Shown: piece by piece, positions 1 to 7,906 of the stretch
Position numbering within the stretch: position 1 is the first letter of the stretch
How the letters are laid out: the number at the start of each line of letters is the position of its first letter
Notes under the pieces: generated by a model
Database searches by the model: none
Told to the model about the DNA's origin: nothing
Seen by the model: the letters and a program-made list of their open reading frames with translations, nothing else
Program-made: the position numbers and the translations under genes
IMG/VR virus record: IMGVR_UViG_3300027903_000005
Length of the DNA stretch: 37,554 nucleotides
Strand: one strand, 5' to 3'
Origin: a virus

Positions 1-99
1 GTTACATTGCATCACAACGCTTAATGGCTGAAACTAAACGCTGGCATATGAGTAAACTTAACCCTACATTCTTTGGAGATAGAAAGGTTGTAGAGCAAC
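1..99. repeat. 99-bp terminal direct repeat, copy 1 (identical to 37456..37554). Either a circular-assembly overlap or a terminal redundancy.
   Basis: Read directly: bases 1-99 (gttacattgcatcacaacgc...aaggttgtagagcaac) recur exactly as the last 99 bases of the window. Confidence 0.95.
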
Positions 100-182
100 T
101 GCAAGGTGAGAACGAAAGCATTAAGGCTGAGCTTATGGCTCTAAAAGCTCAATTGGCATTAGTAAATAAGAAGGAATACTGA
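1..182 (+). CDS. C-terminal end of the small-terminase-like protein; continues 37008..37554 across the circular junction.
   Basis: The frame of the right-edge ORF continues from base 3 (tac att gca tca caa...) to TGA at 180-182. Translation: ...YIASQRLMAETKRWHMSKLNPTFFGDRKVVEQLQGENESIKAELMALKAQLALVNKKEY. Confidence 0.7.
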   Translation, partial: YIASQRLMAETKRWHMSKLNPTFFGDRKVVEQLQGENESIKAELMALKAQLALVNKKEY

Positions 183-367
183 TGGAAGACAGAATAGCTA
201 AATTTATTGAAGATTTCGAATGGATGATGAAATGTACTAGCATGGATTTCCCTTTCGATGTTGAATTAGAAGAAGCTGTTTGTTTGGTTAAAGATTTAAA
301 AGAAAAATTAGACAAGAATAAGAAACATAACAGATGTATGAACAGTTCAGATAGGACAAAAACATGA
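182..367 (+). CDS. hypothetical protein (61 aa)
   Basis: ATG overlaps the upstream stop (TGATG) and is preceded by AAGGAA. No recognisable motif. Confidence 0.5.
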   Translation: MEDRIAKFIEDFEWMMKCTSMDFPFDVELEEAVCLVKDLKEKLDKNKKHNRCMNSSDRTKT

Positions 368-402
368 TAGAACGTTGGAATGATGAATAAGAAGGAATAT
401 TG

Positions 403-858
403 ATGGGCGATAAAAAAGAATTTAAAAAGAAACAGTTTCATATAGATTCAATGAAATTCAAAGATATAGAATGGGATGAAGAGCGTTGGGGAATTAATTT
501 GAAACTATACGAAAAAGATGGAAAGAATAGTATTGCTGTTCCTATGTTGGACACATTAAATTATGCCATGTCAAAACTGGAAGATCTTTATAACTACCTA
601 GGTAAATGTATTGATAGCTCAACTGGCAAATCAAATGGGTACCAACTAAAGAATCTTAGATATTTAACAGAATCAATTCAAGAAACCATCGACGAAGCGT
701 ATCAAATTCCAAGCAAACAAGACCTTATAGATACTATAAAGGAATGCCTTGATACTCTTGATTCGGTAGATGAAGAAAAAGAAAGATGGCAGAAACGAGC
801 TTTTGACTTAGAGCGTAAATATGAACCAGATGATGATTTAGAAGACGAAGATGACTAA
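403..858 (+). CDS. hypothetical acidic protein (about 151 aa)
   Basis: ATG at 403 follows AAGGAA. The track starts at TTG 400. The C-terminus is acidic (DDDLEDEDD). The stop overlaps the next ATG (ATGACTAA). Confidence 0.7.
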   Translation: MGDKKEFKKKQFHIDSMKFKDIEWDEERWGINLKLYEKDGKNSIAVPMLDTLNYAMSKLEDLYNYLGKCIDSSTGKSNGYQLKNLRYLTESIQETIDEAYQIPSKQDLIDTIKECLDTLDSVDEEKERWQKRAFDLERKYEPDDDLEDEDD

Positions 859-1190
859 AAGGGATATAAGTAAGTCAAAAATAAGAATTCAAGAGAACCA
901 TGAGACTGAAGATGTAGTTGAAGTCCTTTTAGGGATAAGAAAAATCCTTACTGTTAGAGACAAGAAAGAACCGACGGATATATATTCTCGATTTTTGTGG
1001 CCTTACAGATAGAGAAATAAAAATTTATTATGCGCGCCTATTTGACAATAGGACATTTAAATCAATAGGAGAAGAAATTGGAGTTGCTCCTAATCATGTA
1101 AGTGAAATATTAAGTAAATCTCTTAGGAAAATACGGGGTTTCTGGGCAAGAAATTATGAGTGGGATCAAAAAGAGATAAAGAATCTATGA
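851..1190 (+). CDS. sigma-70 region-4 / LuxR-type HTH protein, split over two reading frames (frameshifted or non-ATG start)
   Basis: Frame A runs from ATG 851 to TAG 1010-1012. Frame B is open from 939 to TGA 1188-1190 and encodes LTDREIKIYYARLFDNRTFKSIGEEIGVAPNHVSEILSKSLRKIR, but has no ATG/GTG/TTG before the HTH. A T5 run at 992-996 lies in the overlap. Confidence 0.5.
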
Positions 1191-1196
1191 AAGAAA

Positions 1197-1421
1197 ATGA
1201 CTGACAAAGAAAAGGCAATCATGGACTACAAAGAGCTTTGTAGATTTCTAATAAAAGAGGCTGTTAATTTGAGCGATGATTTTTTTGAGATTTTAAATGA
1301 AAACGCTGGAGAATACCCTTTTTCTTTTAGTGGCCCAGAGAGGGTAATAGAGGTACACGATAGAATCAGGGAATATTTAAAATATGCTTCTATAGCTTAT
1401 GAGTTAATTGATACAGAATAA
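1197..1421 (+). CDS. hypothetical protein (74 aa)
   Basis: ORF in a tightly packed same-strand series. No motif recognised. Confidence 0.6.
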   Translation: MTDKEKAIMDYKELCRFLIKEAVNLSDDFFEILNENAGEYPFSFSGPERVIEVHDRIREYLKYASIAYELIDTE

Positions 1422-1438
1422 TAAAAAAGGAATAAAGA

Positions 1439-1825
1439 ATGACTAAAGAAGAAAAGATTGTAGCTTTACACAAAGAATTAAACGAAGAGTACGCAAAACT
1501 ATCCGCTACTTCTCTCAGTGATATTGATGAATATGCCAATGAAGACTGGAAGACATTGCGTATAGAGTGCGCCAGTGATAAAGATGTTATTCCATCATTT
1601 ACATGGGCTAATAGAACGATTACAGACCATTTATCCGGAGTATTTAACAAACCAGGAGTATACGACATACTTTTCTGTGTTAGCCATAGAGGAGAGTTTG
1701 ATAACTCAGAAGAGGCTAATCAGAATAGAGCCAAGATAAGGGAAGCTCAGGAATTGATTAGCAATAAAGCTAAAGTTGAGATGGCAAAGATTGAGTCTGA
1801 GTATTCCGAAACGGAGCGTCATTAG
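1439..1825 (+). CDS. hypothetical protein (128 aa)
   Basis: AAGGAATAAAGA precedes the ATG. The next ORF starts 1 nt after the stop. Confidence 0.7.
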   Translation: MTKEEKIVALHKELNEEYAKLSATSLSDIDEYANEDWKTLRIECASDKDVIPSFTWANRTITDHLSGVFNKPGVYDILFCVSHRGEFDNSEEANQNRAKIREAQELISNKAKVEMAKIESEYSETERH

Positions 1826-2131
1826 ATGCCTATAGACTTCCAAGAGAAGATATTCCCATGCTTTAAACGTTTCATTGAGTCAAAAGACAAAGAACGACTC
1901 GGGGTTGAGATAAAAAAGATAATAGAAGAGACTCCAACCGCAGACAAACTGGATTTTGTTGTTCAACTTAGATCTTTCCTTGCCATTATAACTGCTGTCA
2001 ATGAAGGCCAAAGTCTTGGTTCAGACCAGATGCAGGAACTTTATAATGGGCCAATGATGACTATGATGACCATGGCGTTAGCACAACAGGCTGAAGATGC
2101 TTCAAAAGAAGAAAAAAAGGTGAAACCATAA
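1826..2131 (+). CDS. hypothetical protein (101 aa)
   Basis: Abuts the previous stop. Its own stop overlaps the next start (TAATG). Confidence 0.7.
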   Translation: MPIDFQEKIFPCFKRFIESKDKERLGVEIKKIIEETPTADKLDFVVQLRSFLAIITAVNEGQSLGSDQMQELYNGPMMTMMTMALAQQAEDASKEEKKVKP

Positions 2132-2337
2132 TGAAAATGACAGAATCAGAAATTGATAAAAAAAGAGAAATACTAAGGGATATAGCATTCAATCTAGAAG
2201 CTATTAAGCTTGATGTTCAAAGAGAGATTTTAAATATTGGTTATGATGGCTCATTCTTTAGAGACTCCTCGTATTATGAGGAAGACATACAAGAATTAAA
2301 AAAACAGTTTAAGGACTTATTTAAAGGATGCGTTTAA
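2131..2337 (+). CDS. hypothetical protein (68 aa)
   Basis: Overlapping stop/start coupling on both sides. Confidence 0.65.
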   Translation: MKMTESEIDKKREILRDIAFNLEAIKLDVQREILNIGYDGSFFRDSSYYEEDIQELKKQFKDLFKGCV

Positions 2338-2558
2338 TGGAAAAGGATACCAAAGAAGAGATTAAAGAAATACTTTTGAGAATAAAGCATTGGTCGGAAA
2401 AGGTTTCTGAATCAACTATTTCTAGGTTAAGACAACTAGAAAACGACAATGTTATAGATGGCGAGGCCATAATGGACAGATATCGACCACTACAGGATTG
2501 TATTGAGGACTTAAAGGAAAAAGGAATGATTCATTATTTTGGAAAGAACAATGAATAA
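2337..2558 (+). CDS. hypothetical protein (about 73 aa)
   Basis: ATG 2337 overlaps the upstream TAA (TAATG) and follows AAAGGA. The track offers an alternative ATG at 2328. Confidence 0.6.
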   Translation: MEKDTKEEIKEILLRIKHWSEKVSESTISRLRQLENDNVIDGEAIMDRYRPLQDCIEDLKEKGMIHYFGKNNE

Positions 2559-2790
2559 AATAGAAGACCAAAGTGTAGATGGAATAATTAGACTGCTTCT
2601 CGGGATGGTAATTTTATATCAATCTGATAAAGGTACAGATTTAGATTTAGATAGATTAGTTAATGAACTAGAGAGTGCAACAAAAGATGACTTTAGCGTT
2701 TATTCCGTAAGAGGAAACATATCTCATGCTATAAAATTATGTCCTTATCACACGATTGTTGATTTTTTTAAGTTAAAAATAGAAGGATAG
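2551..2790 (+). CDS. hypothetical protein (about 79 aa)
   Basis: ATG 2551 follows GGAAAG. The track begins at TTG 2539. Confidence 0.6.
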   Translation: MNKIEDQSVDGIIRLLLGMVILYQSDKGTDLDLDRLVNELESATKDDFSVYSVRGNISHAIKLCPYHTIVDFFKLKIEG

Positions 2791-2794
2791 TCGA

Positions 2795-3187
2795 GTGGCA
2801 ACTGTAAAAAAGCCAAAAATAGACCCGTTTCACATGAATCCCATTGAATATCTTGGTTTCCCTAAAGATATATTGGATTTCTTAAAAAAGGCAAACATAA
2901 TACTTATTGGTGACCTGCTCATTCATAGAAAAAGAGAGGTACTTAGGATTCCGGGTATAGCAGACACTAGATTTAAAAAGATTGAAATAATTCTAAGTGT
3001 TCACAAGCTAGCGTTGACAGAATCATATGAAAATGGAGCGGGAAGATTTGGATATATACACCCAGAGTATCATACATGGGACCATTCGGTAACTGTAGTA
3101 TGGCCTCCAGACATACCAGGACGAAAAAGAACATTTAAAGAAATATATGTCGATTGCGTTATAGAAGGCATAGTAAATTATGTATGA
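2795..3187 (+). CDS. protein with an RNA polymerase alpha-subunit C-terminal-domain-like helix-hairpin-helix region; sits in the position usually held by the small terminase
   Basis: GTG start 7 nt after GAAGGA. IEYLGFPKDILDFLKKANIILIGDLLIHRKREVLRIPGIADTRFKKIEIILSVHKLAL aligns by eye with E. coli alpha-CTD [55 protein letters not shown]. The stop overlaps the terminase ATG (ATGA). Confidence 0.6.
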   Translation: MATVKKPKIDPFHMNPIEYLGFPKDILDFLKKANIILIGDLLIHRKREVLRIPGIADTRFKKIEIILSVHKLALTESYENGAGRFGYIHPEYHTWDHSVTVVWPPDIPGRKRTFKEIYVDCVIEGIVNYV

Positions 3188-4746
3188 AGGTTGACTTAGA
3201 TAGAGAAACCTTGGTTGCAGAGCTTCAAGGCAGCCTTCTAGAATTCTGTAAAGTATTTTATCCTCTTCTCACGGGACGAGATTTTATAATATCAGTTCCA
3301 ATTGGGAGAGAGCCGCATGCAGTCACGATATCACGTGCGCTTACAAGAGCCGCAAGACTTCAAATTCCTACGCAAAGACTCATTATCAACGTGCCCCCAG
3401 GTCATGGTAAGTCGACTTTCTTATGTATGTGGGTGGCTTGGACTCTCTCTAAGTATCCTGATAGTCGGTATTTATATATTTCTTACTCTAAATCACTCGC
3501 TGCAAAACACACTGAAACCATTAAACGTATTATTGGATTGCGCCATTATAAATATTTATTTAATGTTAGCATTCGTTGGGACTCTAAAGCCAAAGAGTTT
3601 TTTCAAACTACAGCAGGCGGTTCGATTGCTGCTTTTGGTTCAGCTGGCGCTATCGTTGGTCAGGATGGCGGGTTACCTGGGCTAGACCGGTTCAGTGGGG
3701 CCGTTATCATGGATGACTCTCACAAAATCGACGAGGCTCACTCAACTACCATACGAGAAGGTGTTATTGAGAACTACAGAGAAACCATTCAGCAACGTGC
3801 TCGTGGCGTTAATGTTCCGTATATATACATAGGTCAAAGAGTTCATGAGGCAGACTTAGCTGCTTACCTTATTGATGGTAAAGACGGCTATGATTGGGAG
3901 AAAGTTATACTTCAAAGCATCGATGTTCATGGTCATGCATTGTACCCTGAGGCATTCCCAATAGAATCCCTTCTTATCAAACAAGACAAAGACCCCTACG
4001 TTTTTGCCAGCCAGTTCCAACAGAACCCAATTCCTGCTGGTGGCGGGTTATTCAAGCCTGATTGGTTCATTACTTTGGATGAAGAACCTGAGATGTTGGT
4101 TACTTTTATTACATGTGACACAGCAGAAACTGACAAGTCTTGGAACGATGCCACCGTATTTAGCTTTTGGGGCGTATATGAAATTATTAACTTTGGAAAG
4201 AAATCAGGCGAGATAGGAGTTCACTGGCTTGATACTATTGAACTTAGAGTTGAGCCGAAGGATTTAAAAGATTCATTTGTAGATTTCTATACCGAATGCA
4301 CAAGACATAGAATGCCACCATTGATGGCTGCTATCGAGAAGAAGTCCACGGGGGTAACGCTGGTTAGTATTTTGAAAGAACTTCGTGGTATTACCATACG
4401 TGAGATAGAACGCACAAGAGCAAGTGGCTCTAAGACCCAACGCTTTCTGGAGATTCAGCCTTATGTAGCCTCAAAGCTTATATCTTTCACTAAAGATGCA
4501 AAACATAAAGATCATTGTATAAAGCATATGACATCAATCACAGCCAATGATAGTCATCGTCATGACGATATTGCAGATACATTTGCAGACGCAATTCGAC
4601 TGGCACTTATAGACAAGACAGTATATAGTATCAATAAGACAGATAACACACGAAGTGAAATACTGAGCAAGTTGAATAGCAAATTCAACGAGCGATTAAC
4701 AGCAGGGAACGCTAAAAACTATGGAAGTCGCGAAAAAATATTCTGA
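3184..4746 (+). CDS. terL: terminase large subunit
   Basis: Walker A is VPPGHGKST. A Walker B-like motif is AVIMDDSHK. The C-terminal nuclease-like half is followed directly by the portal gene. I prefer ATG 3184 (ATGA overlap) to the track start at 3154. Confidence 0.9.
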   Translation: MKVDLDRETLVAELQGSLLEFCKVFYPLLTGRDFIISVPIGREPHAVTISRALTRAARLQIPTQRLIINVPPGHGKSTFLCMWVAWTLSKYPDSRYLYISYSKSLAAKHTETIKRIIGLRHYKYLFNVSIRWDSKAKEFFQTTAGGSIAAFGSAGAIVGQDGGLPGLDRFSGAVIMDDSHKIDEAHSTTIREGVIENYRETIQQRARGVNVPYIYIGQRVHEADLAAYLIDGKDGYDWEKVILQSIDVHGHALYPEAFPIESLLIKQDKDPYVFASQFQQNPIPAGGGLFKPDWFITLDEEPEMLVTFITCDTAETDKSWNDATVFSFWGVYEIINFGKKSGEIGVHWLDTIELRVEPKDLKDSFVDFYTECTRHRMPPLMAAIEKKSTGVTLVSILKELRGITIREIERTRASGSKTQRFLEIQPYVASKLISFTKDAKHKDHCIKHMTSITANDSHRHDDIADTFADAIRLALIDKTVYSINKTDNTRSEILSKLNSKFNERLTAGNAKNYGSREKIF

Positions 4747-6880
4747 TAGAATTACAGACCTAAAGAAAACTGTTGAAGAAGCACAAGAATACTTCTCTCA
4801 TAACGTTGAACGATTTAATGAGTTCATGCGCTTTGTATTTAAATCTTCCATGGAACAGCAAGAAGTTGCCGCCTTAGTTACAACTGGCAAACCAACAATC
4901 GAATTCAACATACTAGAAGCCTATATTTCCAGGTTACGAGGCGAGTTTGCCACCCAACAGCCGGCTCTTAATGTACGAGCTGCAGATGGCGTTCCTCTTT
5001 CATCTTTAACACCAGAATTCATTCATACACTAAAAGTAATAGAAGGATATTTATCTGCAATATTATCTGAATCTGCAGATGACATGCTTGCATATAATGT
5101 ATACACTGATTTGTTGGCTGGTGGGTTTTCTGTTGTAAAGGTTATGACAGAATACATTAATGAAATGTCATTTGAGCAGAATATCTGTTTTACACGAGTG
5201 TTTGATCCAACACTATGCTTTTTTGATCCTTTAGCTAGAGATTCACATAAAGGTGATGGACGATATTGCGGCGAGTTATCTCCAATGACGCGCAAAGCTT
5301 TCGAGGAGACATATGGCAAGGAAGCCACTGAAAAGATGACCTTTACCAGAGAGCTATCTGGATTTAGTTGGTCATTTAAGAACGAATCAGAAGATATAGT
5401 TTTAGTTTGTGATTTCTATGAAAAGAAATGCAAAAGAGAAAAAATTGTTAAGCTTTCAAATGGTCGTGTCATTCCTGAAAAGACTTATAAAAAATTCATT
5501 GAAGTATGGAATGATCAAGGACATATAGAGCAGCCACCAGAAATAGTTGGCGAACCAAGAATGACAACGATAGAAACTATATGTCGCTATCGATTCTGTG
5601 AATCCATGGTGCTAGAATATGTGGAGACAGATTTTAAACACTTACCATTAGTGTTTGTTGATGGTAATTCAGTCAGCATAACTGAAAGTGGCTCTACCTG
5701 TCAGATGACTAGACCGTACGTTTATCACGCAAAAGGGATTCAGCGGTTAAAAAACTATGCCGGCCAATCGCTCGCGAATGAATTGGAAAACACTATTCAA
5801 CACAAATTCATTGTTGCCATCGAGTCGATCCCAGAGGATTATCAAACTGCATACCAAAATGTGCAGAAAGCGGATACTCTTATTTATAATCATTTCCTTG
5901 ACAGTCGTAGTCCAGATGTACAACTCCCTCCCCCTCGCGAGGTTAATCGTACTCCAATTCCCCCCGAAATTAGTCAGACGTTTAGAATGTCAGATGAAAT
6001 GACACAGGCGATATTGGGTTCCTATGATGGAGCAGCAGGGATTAATAGAGATAACATGTCTGGAATAGCTTTTGATAAATCAGCACTACAAAGTAATACA
6101 GCCTCTAAACCATATATAGTTGGGTTCGTAAAAGCACTTAATCGAATTGCTCAAATAATAGTGGATTTGATACCTAAATATTATAGAACACCTAGAACTT
6201 TGCCAGTTATGTTGCCAGATGGGAAACGTTCACATGTAGAGATAAACAAAAAAGGCTCTATCTATATGAACTATGACCCTAATACCTTAGAGGTTAAGGT
6301 AGAAGCCGGCGTTAACTTTAATAGACAAAAAGAAATAGCACTAAATACAATAATTAGCTTAATGCAGGCTTCACCTCTATTTGGTCAGTTTATGAACGAA
6401 CATGGACTTCAAATTCTTCTAGATAATGTTGAGATTCGAGGAATTGAGGGACTAAAAGAGAAAGCTGTCGAGTTTGAGCAGGAACTTGCACAACAACGCA
6501 AACATCAGCAAGAACAAGAAGCTCAACAAGGTCAGGCTCAAGCACAACAAATGCAGCAGCAAGCTCAAATTGAACAACAAAGAGTACAAATTGAAATGGC
6601 TCAAGCGCAGAGATCCTTGGAGAATCCAAGTATTGAGCAACTCGGCTTAATGTCTATTCAAGAGAAGGCAAAGTTAGATGCCGCCAATGTCTCTTTAAAA
6701 GAAAGAGATCTTGAAACAAAGTTTATGGAAGTTATGGCTAAAATTCAGATGCAAGGTTTGGAGCTAGACCAAAAGGCTGCACAACAGGACGCTGAAACTG
6801 CCAGAGAGGTTATAAGAGACTTAACTGAGATGAGTAATAATTTTGAAAGAATAAGTAAGGAGACACATGATGAAAGGTAA
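4721..6880 (+). CDS. portal protein (719 aa) with a long Q/E-rich helical C-terminal extension
   Basis: Lies immediately after terL. The size is close to the P22-type portal. The C-terminal coiled-coil stretch QQRKHQQEQEAQQGQAQAQQMQQQAQIEQQRVQIEMAQAQ recalls the P22 portal barrel. Confidence 0.85.
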   Translation: MEVAKKYSDRITDLKKTVEEAQEYFSHNVERFNEFMRFVFKSSMEQQEVAALVTTGKPTIEFNILEAYISRLRGEFATQQPALNVRAADGVPLSSLTPEFIHTLKVIEGYLSAILSESADDMLAYNVYTDLLAGGFSVVKVMTEYINEMSFEQNICFTRVFDPTLCFFDPLARDSHKGDGRYCGELSPMTRKAFEETYGKEATEKMTFTRELSGFSWSFKNESEDIVLVCDFYEKKCKREKIVKLSNGRVIPEKTYKKFIEVWNDQGHIEQPPEIVGEPRMTTIETICRYRFCESMVLEYVETDFKHLPLVFVDGNSVSITESGSTCQMTRPYVYHAKGIQRLKNYAGQSLANELENTIQHKFIVAIESIPEDYQTAYQNVQKADTLIYNHFLDSRSPDVQLPPPREVNRTPIPPEISQTFRMSDEMTQAILGSYDGAAGINRDNMSGIAFDKSALQSNTASKPYIVGFVKALNRIAQIIVDLIPKYYRTPRTLPVMLPDGKRSHVEINKKGSIYMNYDPNTLEVKVEAGVNFNRQKEIALNTIISLMQASPLFGQFMNEHGLQILLDNVEIRGIEGLKEKAVEFEQELAQQRKHQQEQEAQQGQAQAQQMQQQAQIEQQRVQIEMAQAQRSLENPSIEQLGLMSIQEKAKLDAANVSLKERDLETKFMEVMAKIQMQGLELDQKAAQQDAETAREVIRDLTEMSNNFERISKETHDER

Positions 6881-7058
6881 GAAGAATTTTATCCAGGATG
6901 CGATAAAAAAACCTGGAGCACTTAGAGCTGCAATGCATATAAAAAAAGGTGAAAAAATACCTGAGGATAAACTAGAAAAGGCTGAGCGCAGCAAGTCACC
7001 ATTAATGCGTCGTAGAGCAAATTTAGCTGAAACGTTAAAACACATGAAAAAGAAATAA
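6867..7058 (+). CDS. small basic protein (63 aa)
   Basis: Overlaps the portal stop. The lysine/arginine-rich sequence KKPGALRAAMHIKKGEKIPEDKLEKAERSKSPLMRRRANLAETLK resembles a small protein family I recall as common in phages. Confidence 0.6.
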   Translation: MMKGKKNFIQDAIKKPGALRAAMHIKKGEKIPEDKLEKAERSKSPLMRRRANLAETLKHMKKK

Positions 7059-7069
7059 GGAAGTAAATT

Positions 7070-7222
7070 ATGCCACTCGTAAAAGGACCTAAAGCTAGAA
7101 CTAAGTCCGGAATGTCAGCTAACTATAAAACTGAGGTAGCAACTAAGCCAAAAAAACAGGCGATTGCAATAATGCTTTCCATGGCCGGAAAAAGCAAGAA
7201 AACAAAATCTCATAAAAAATAG
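7070..7222 (+). CDS. small basic protein (50 aa), below the ORF-track length cutoff
   Basis: Own translation: MPLVKGPKARTKSGMSANYKTEVATKPKKQAIAIMLSMAGKSKKTKSHKK. AAGGAAG lies upstream. KQAIAI..S.AGKS is a motif I recall from small conserved bacterial and phage proteins. Confidence 0.5.
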   Translation: MPLVKGPKARTKSGMSANYKTEVATKPKKQAIAIMLSMAGKSKKTKSHKK

Positions 7223-7308
7223 ATTATTATTACTATAAAAACATACAGTTTTGATAACATTTATTGTATAATTTTGGTTCGAAATAACCAGAAAATCCAG
7301 GAGTAATT

Positions 7309-7551
7309 ATGGAAATTTATACACTAAAAGACGCAAGAGATTCGTTTCAAAAAATAGTAAAAGATTGCCAGCAATCATCAGAACCAACATGGATTTTAGG
7401 TAAGGGTTACAAGGCAGTTATCTTATCAGAAGAGCTATATGAATCTATGCAAGAATCAATAGAAGTATTTTCTACTATGTTTAGAGAGGAACGACAACGT
7501 CAGAAAGAAACAGGGGACGAAGGAGAAATAGTAGATTTGGATAATATGTAA
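7309..7551 (+). CDS. yefM: Phd/YefM-type antitoxin
   Basis: 80 aa. The N-terminus MEIYTLKDARDSFQKIVKDCQQSSEPTWILGKGYKAVILSEELYESMQE has the typical YefM/Phd layout. The C-tail is acidic. It lies 1 nt upstream of the toxin gene and is preceded by AGGAG. Confidence 0.75.
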   Translation: MEIYTLKDARDSFQKIVKDCQQSSEPTWILGKGYKAVILSEELYESMQESIEVFSTMFREERQRQKETGDEGEIVDLDNM

Positions 7552-7552
7552 G

Positions 7553-7810
7553 ATGTATATTATCGTTATCAGTCCATGTGCTAAAAAAGATGTAAAATTA
7601 ATAAAATTATCCAAGTATTATGGGAAGTATAAAGAGCTTCTACTAAAGATATCTCAAGATCCGTATGCCCCAGGAGATAATTTTAAGGTAATGAGCGGTA
7701 AAATACCGGAAACATTCTCAAGAAGAATATCCTTAAAGCATAGGCTAGTCTACGTGGTAGATGAGGATATTATTACTATAGAAATAGTCAGATGTTGGGG
7801 TCATTATTAA
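7553..7810 (+). CDS. yoeB: YoeB/Txe-type mRNA interferase toxin
   Basis: FSRRISLKHRLVYVVDEDIITIEIVRCWGHY matches the YoeB C-terminal signature (SRRI..EHRLVY...I..CR.HY), including the terminal His-Tyr. Confidence 0.85.
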   Translation: MYIIVISPCAKKDVKLIKLSKYYGKYKELLLKISQDPYAPGDNFKVMSGKIPETFSRRISLKHRLVYVVDEDIITIEIVRCWGHY

Positions 7811-7835
7811 AGTTATTTCAATATGAAACCATTTT

Positions 7836-7906
7836 GGATATGTAGCTCAGAGAGTAAGAGCAGCAGACACATCTGCAGGTCCTGGGTTCGACTCCCAGCA
7901 TATCCA
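7836..7906 (+). tRNA. tRNA-like gene with a non-canonical anticodon arm; isotype not assignable and possibly a pseudo-tRNA or decoy
   Basis: The acceptor stem GGATATG/CATATCC has 7 bp. The D arm is GCTC-AGAGAGTAA-GAGC, with no GG in the loop. The variable loop is AGGTC. The T arm is CTGGG-TTCGACT-CCCAG and the discriminator is A. The anticodon arm is only 14 nt (GCAGA-CACA-TCTGC). A T8 run follows. Confidence 0.55.

Noticed and set aside
1-99. Interpreting the 99-bp end repeat as a biologically meaningful LTR or IS-type terminal repeat.
   Set aside because: It is a direct repeat at the exact contig ends, and it lies inside a coding frame that is restored by circularisation. This is the usual signature of an assembler overlap on a circular or circularly permuted molecule. 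A short physical DTR cannot be excluded without reads.
133-441. A 102-aa minus-strand ORF in the track. Similar antisense or out-of-frame track ORFs include 1390..1668, 3302..3685, 4004..4216, 5023..5328, 5757..6002, 6390..6629, 6452..6640, 6821..7045, 8291..8545, 8295..8522, 11284..11499, 12885..13100, 13594..13779, 14619..14996, 15012..15245, 17473..17670, 18579..18989, 19031..19234, 19768..20034, 20119..20349, 20553..20783, 21426..21614, 21446..21658, 23219..23410, 25956..26249, 26015..26263, 26092..26328, 30244..30483, 30255..30518, 32301..32522, 33808..34116, 36730..37101, 36989..37177 and 37267..37479.
   Set aside because: Each lies entirely inside, or antisense to, a longer ORF that has an SD site, stop/start coupling with its neighbours or a recognisable family signature. 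Their translations are low-complexity or hydrophobic read-through typical of shadow frames.
6480-6600. Poly-Q/Q-rich tracts in the portal C-terminus, and a similar one in the scaffold N-terminus at about 8330-8430, considered as a possible repeat element or mobile insertion.
   Set aside because: They are in frame within long ORFs, are not identical at the DNA level and fit coiled-coil regions expected for a portal barrel and a scaffold. They also account for the spurious ORFs in other frames and on the opposite strand here.
7836-7906. Calling the element a normal functional tRNA with a defined anticodon, or an attP core for tRNA-targeted integration.
   Set aside because: No register gives a 5-bp stem with a 7-nt anticodon loop. 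The genome encodes no integrase, and the element contains the full tRNA shape rather than just a 3' fragment.
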